Positions 60,454-64,000 of a stretch of DNA of 64,000 bases are shown here, piece by piece. Where the stretch lies: positions 4,208,880 through 4,272,879 of the forward strand of contig NW_003314261.1 of NCBI RefSeq assembly GCF_000143415.4, given 5' to 3'. The position numbers and the translations under genes are program-made. Each line of letters opens with the position of its first letter. The first letter of the stretch is position 1. The stretch comes from Selaginella moellendorffii. Lineage: Eukaryota; Plantae; Lycopodiophyta. Below the pieces are notes generated by a model, which was not told the DNA's origin, did no database searches, and saw nothing but the letters and a program-made list of their open reading frames with translations.

Positions 60454-63400
60454 TGCAGGGGGTTCTAAAAGTCCAATGGTGCTTCCAAACTGACTTGAGG
60501 TTGAGATTGGGGCCGAGGGGCCTTAGATGGGAGTGAGCATGGACTTGGGTGGTGCCGGAGGGGCCACCCCAAAGAGTGCTCAAGAGCAACTCTCACTCCC
60601 GAAAGGGAAACCGATTGCGGTGCTCCCGGCTCATGTGGAGTGGTGCCTCACTTGAGTACCTTGCGGCTCATTAGTCCTCGCCCTTCCTAGGGGTTTGGGC
60701 CTTCCCTTCGGGATGGAAGTGGGGGGGTAGAGGTACTTATACTGGGATGTTAGGCCACGGTGTTTTGCCCCGGTGTCCCGAAGCAAGTGTTGCACCTAAG
60801 ACTTGGGATTTAGAAGGTCCCATGATCAAGTCTTGTGGTATCAAGGGATGTTAGGAACTTGGAGGCTTGGTGTGCTTGGCTGCTTGTGCCTGTGGGGAGT
60901 GGAGTTGAACCTTAAGTCCAGTCTAACTTGGGGAGGGGGATTGGGAGAGATTTGGGAATCCATGGATGGATGGCTAACACTCTATTGCTCGTGCAGTGAG
61001 TAGCTGAAACCAAGTAGGACCAAGTAGGAGCTGGTACCATAGGCAGGAACTTTGGCAAGGGAACTTAGCAAAAGCCAAGGCAATGTTGGACGGATAGACG
61101 AAGTAAGCTGGCAAATCGGAAAGTAACAATTTGTAGCTTACAATTTGGTATCGGAGCCTTTTCCTCAGTTCTAGCAAAGGATAGAGGCGGATTGCTGGGA
61201 GATGGCAAAGGCAAGGCGTAAGCGAACCCAGGCGGAGACGGAACCTCAGTCGGAGCTGAAGCCTTTGGTTGAACAAGAGGCTATGGATGAGGAATCCTTT
61301 CATGAGGACTCTAGTGAGGAAACTTCCAAACAGGAGTTCAGTGGTGAGGTTCGGTCGTCCAAGGCTCGATTGGATGTTCTAGAAGGACAATTGGCATAGA
61401 CCAATGCCCTACTGGAGACTCTCGTACGCAACCTAAAGCGTGACGAGAAGCGAAAGAAAAAGTGAAAGACTGCGGATGCTGGTAGCGCAGAAGGTGCGGA
61501 CCCTTCGGTAGGGACTGAGGTAGAACCAAACAATGCTGAACAGATCGAAGTGGAATCAATCCCTCAGGCAGTTCCCAAGTACAAACCAAAGCCCCCACCA
61601 GTCTTCAAGGGAGTGAACGATTATAAAGTGGTGGAGGATTGGTTTTACGATATGGAGGACTACTTCTGAGCGTTGCGGTTACCGAGCTTGGAGAAAGTCC
61701 CATGTGCAAAACCATACTTGACAGATAATGCCAAGTCTTGGTGGAGAACGACAGAGGCCAACGAAGGACCGGTGGCCACTTGGGAAATGATGAAAGCGAG
61801 GATCCGCATAACATATGTTCCTCCGAATGCTACTCTGCACCTAAGGGATGAGTTGAGTAGGCTGAAGTAGACCGGAACCATTCAAGAGTATGTGAATGGA
61901 TTTATGGCAAAGAGGATACTGGTCACGGATATGGGTGATATGGATGCGTTCCATGCCTTCATATCAGGTTTGCAAACCTGGGTTCGCGGCAAGGTGATGC
62001 GTTAGAACTCGACCAATTACAAAGAAGCGTTGGATGCGGCTATCAAAGTGCATTTCAACGATAATCTATGAAAGAGGAACACGACGGGGTCGAGGTCCAT
62101 GTTTAGCAAAGGGGCCAAACCAAGGGGAACATATAGCAAAGGGAAATTCAAAGAGTTTCTCTAAGAATGAGTCTTCGGGGTTCCGAAAAGGCAAATCCGG
62201 TGGCCAGTGAGCGAGTATGTGGGGGAGTCAAGCAAAAAGAGATAAACCCATGGATAAAAAGGTCAAGTCATATAGCAGCGTGGGAAACAATATATGCTAC
62301 AATTGTAGTAAAGTGGGACACTTTTCGAGGGAATGTCCCTACCCGAAGAAGGCCAAAGCTAATATGGCCATGAAGTCGGGTGAAGTCCAAATCAAGGTAT
62401 GTGATCCAGTCCCTAACTCAAATTTTCTCATTACATGAGCAACTTTGGTAGAGAGTCGTTTGCGACATTTACTAGCCCTCCGAAGGAAGCTCGGAGGTAA
62501 CTTTGTTAAGATCCTTATTGACACGGGTGCTTCAGATAATTTTGTGGTTGCAGACATAATCTGGCAAGGCGGACTAACGGTGCAGCGGTTGGGTGAACCA
62601 AGGACTATAGAGTTTGTTCAAGGTAGCCAAAGCACCGATGAGGTACTTTGACAAACGAGAGTCGAAGTAGGGACATGGAAAGTGGACATGGATTTCACCG
62701 TGTTGGACATGGCAGGATTTGACGTGATATTCGGGATGGATTGGTTCAATTGGTTTGTGGTAACCTTGCATAGACAAGGTAGGAACCTTGTGGTACTAGC
62801 GAATGCCCAAGGAAGAAGATCTAGGGTGGAGGCCCAAGATCTAAAGGTAGGGCAAAGTAAGGCCAAAGATTCCTGCTTAAACCTGGTGTCCACGAGAGGA
62901 CAACTCACTAAAGGAACTAAGGCAGCATTTTTGTGCTTACTCTTGGTGAAGAGTGACAAAAAGACAGGAACGGAAGAAATACTTTTAGTGATCCAGCGGG
63001 TGTTGGACCAATTCTAGGATACCATGCCGGAGGAGCTACCGGTGGGGTTGCCCCCCGCACGAATGATAGAACATAAGATTAAGTTGGTCGAGGGTGCTGA
63101 AGCGATGGTTCGTCCCCCCTATCGTTTGAACGAAAAAGAACTCGAGGAGCTCAAGCACCAACTAGAGGAGTTGGTGGACAAAGGGTATGTTAGGTTGAGC
63201 AAGTCGTGGTTTGGGGCACTGGTGTTATTTGTGAAAAAGAAAGATGGATCTATGCGCATGTGCTTAGACTACCAGTTGCTTAACAAGTATACAAAGAAGA
63301 ACAAATACCCTTTTCCAAGGATTAAGGACCTGTTTGATAAGTTGGGAAAGGCAAAATACTTCTCGAAGATCGACCTAAGGTCAGGATACTACTAGATCAG

Positions 63401-64000
63401 GGTAGCAGAGGAAGATGTCAAGAAGACAACTTGTCGAACAAGGTATGGGAGCTTTGAGTTTCTAGTGATGCCCTTCGGGCTATACAATGCGCCGGCAACG
63501 TTTTCGGCGTTGATGAACCATATCTTTATACTCTATCTGGATCACTTTGTGGTCGTCTATATTGACGACATCCTGATCTATAGCGAAACGCTAGAGGAGC
63601 ATGCCGAACACTTGATGAAGGTGTTTGAGAAATTAAGGGAACACCAGCTATATGCTAAAGAGAGCAAATGTGACTTTGCTCAACAAGAGGTAAAGTTTCT
63701 TGGGCATGTGGTGGGCAAGGATGGGCTCAAGGTGGACCCTGAGAAGGTCCAAGCAATCCAGGATTGGGAGTGACCATTAAATGTACACGAGTTAAGGGCA
63801 TTCTTGGAGCTATGCAACTATTATCAAAAGTTTATCAAACACTATTCGAGAGTAGCCCTACCCTTAACAGACCAAACAAGAAAAGAGAAGATGGTATGGA
63901 CAGTAGAATGCGAGGCGGCATTTGTCCACCTCAAAGGGAAGTTGAGGAAGGCTCCCGTGTTGGCATTACCGGACTTTGGTATGGACTTTGAGGTAGAAAC
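60454..64000 (+). mobile_element. Ty3/Gypsy element (LTR Y 60454-61142, tRNA-iMet PBS, pseudogenised gag-pol from about 61202), truncated by the window end
   Basis: PBS TGGTATCGGAGCC 61146-61158; zinc knuckle CYNCSKVGHFSREC; protease ILIDTGASDNF; [26 protein letters not shown]; many stops. Confidence 0.92.

Overview
Compact, intron-rich land-plant nuclear DNA. Introns of about 50-70 nt and several intronless PLS-class PPR genes suggest a lycophyte such as Selaginella (inference). 1-13.6 kb is gene-dense: TPP2, two tandem CMC4/MTCP1-like genes, a tRNA-like element, a small mitochondrial membrane-protein gene, NAP1 (SCAR/WAVE) and tRNA-Pro(TGG). 13.6-47.9 kb is a mosaic of local duplications: three copies of an intronless orphan ORF (227-229 aa) head-to-head with a PLS-PPR gene, two near-identical FPGS copies, PUX10, further PPR genes and pseudogenes, a 967-nt assembly gap, and a young Ty3/Gypsy element with 174-bp LTRs. 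47.9-64 kb is retrotransposon-rich: an AT-eroded copy of the same Gypsy family, a fold-back MITE-like element, and a chain of LTRs with tandem repeats ending in a gag-pol pseudogene. Best candidates for novelty: (1) the NLS-bearing orphan with a PD-(D/E)xK-like motif order, repeated as a cassette between a PPR gene and tRNA-Pro; (2) a GGGAAAC slippery site plus H-type pseudoknot at the Gypsy gag/pol junction; (3) different LTRs each flanked by both a PPT and a PBS; (4) a 21-bp-phased array of P1BS motifs. All calls are by-eye reading; no searches were run.
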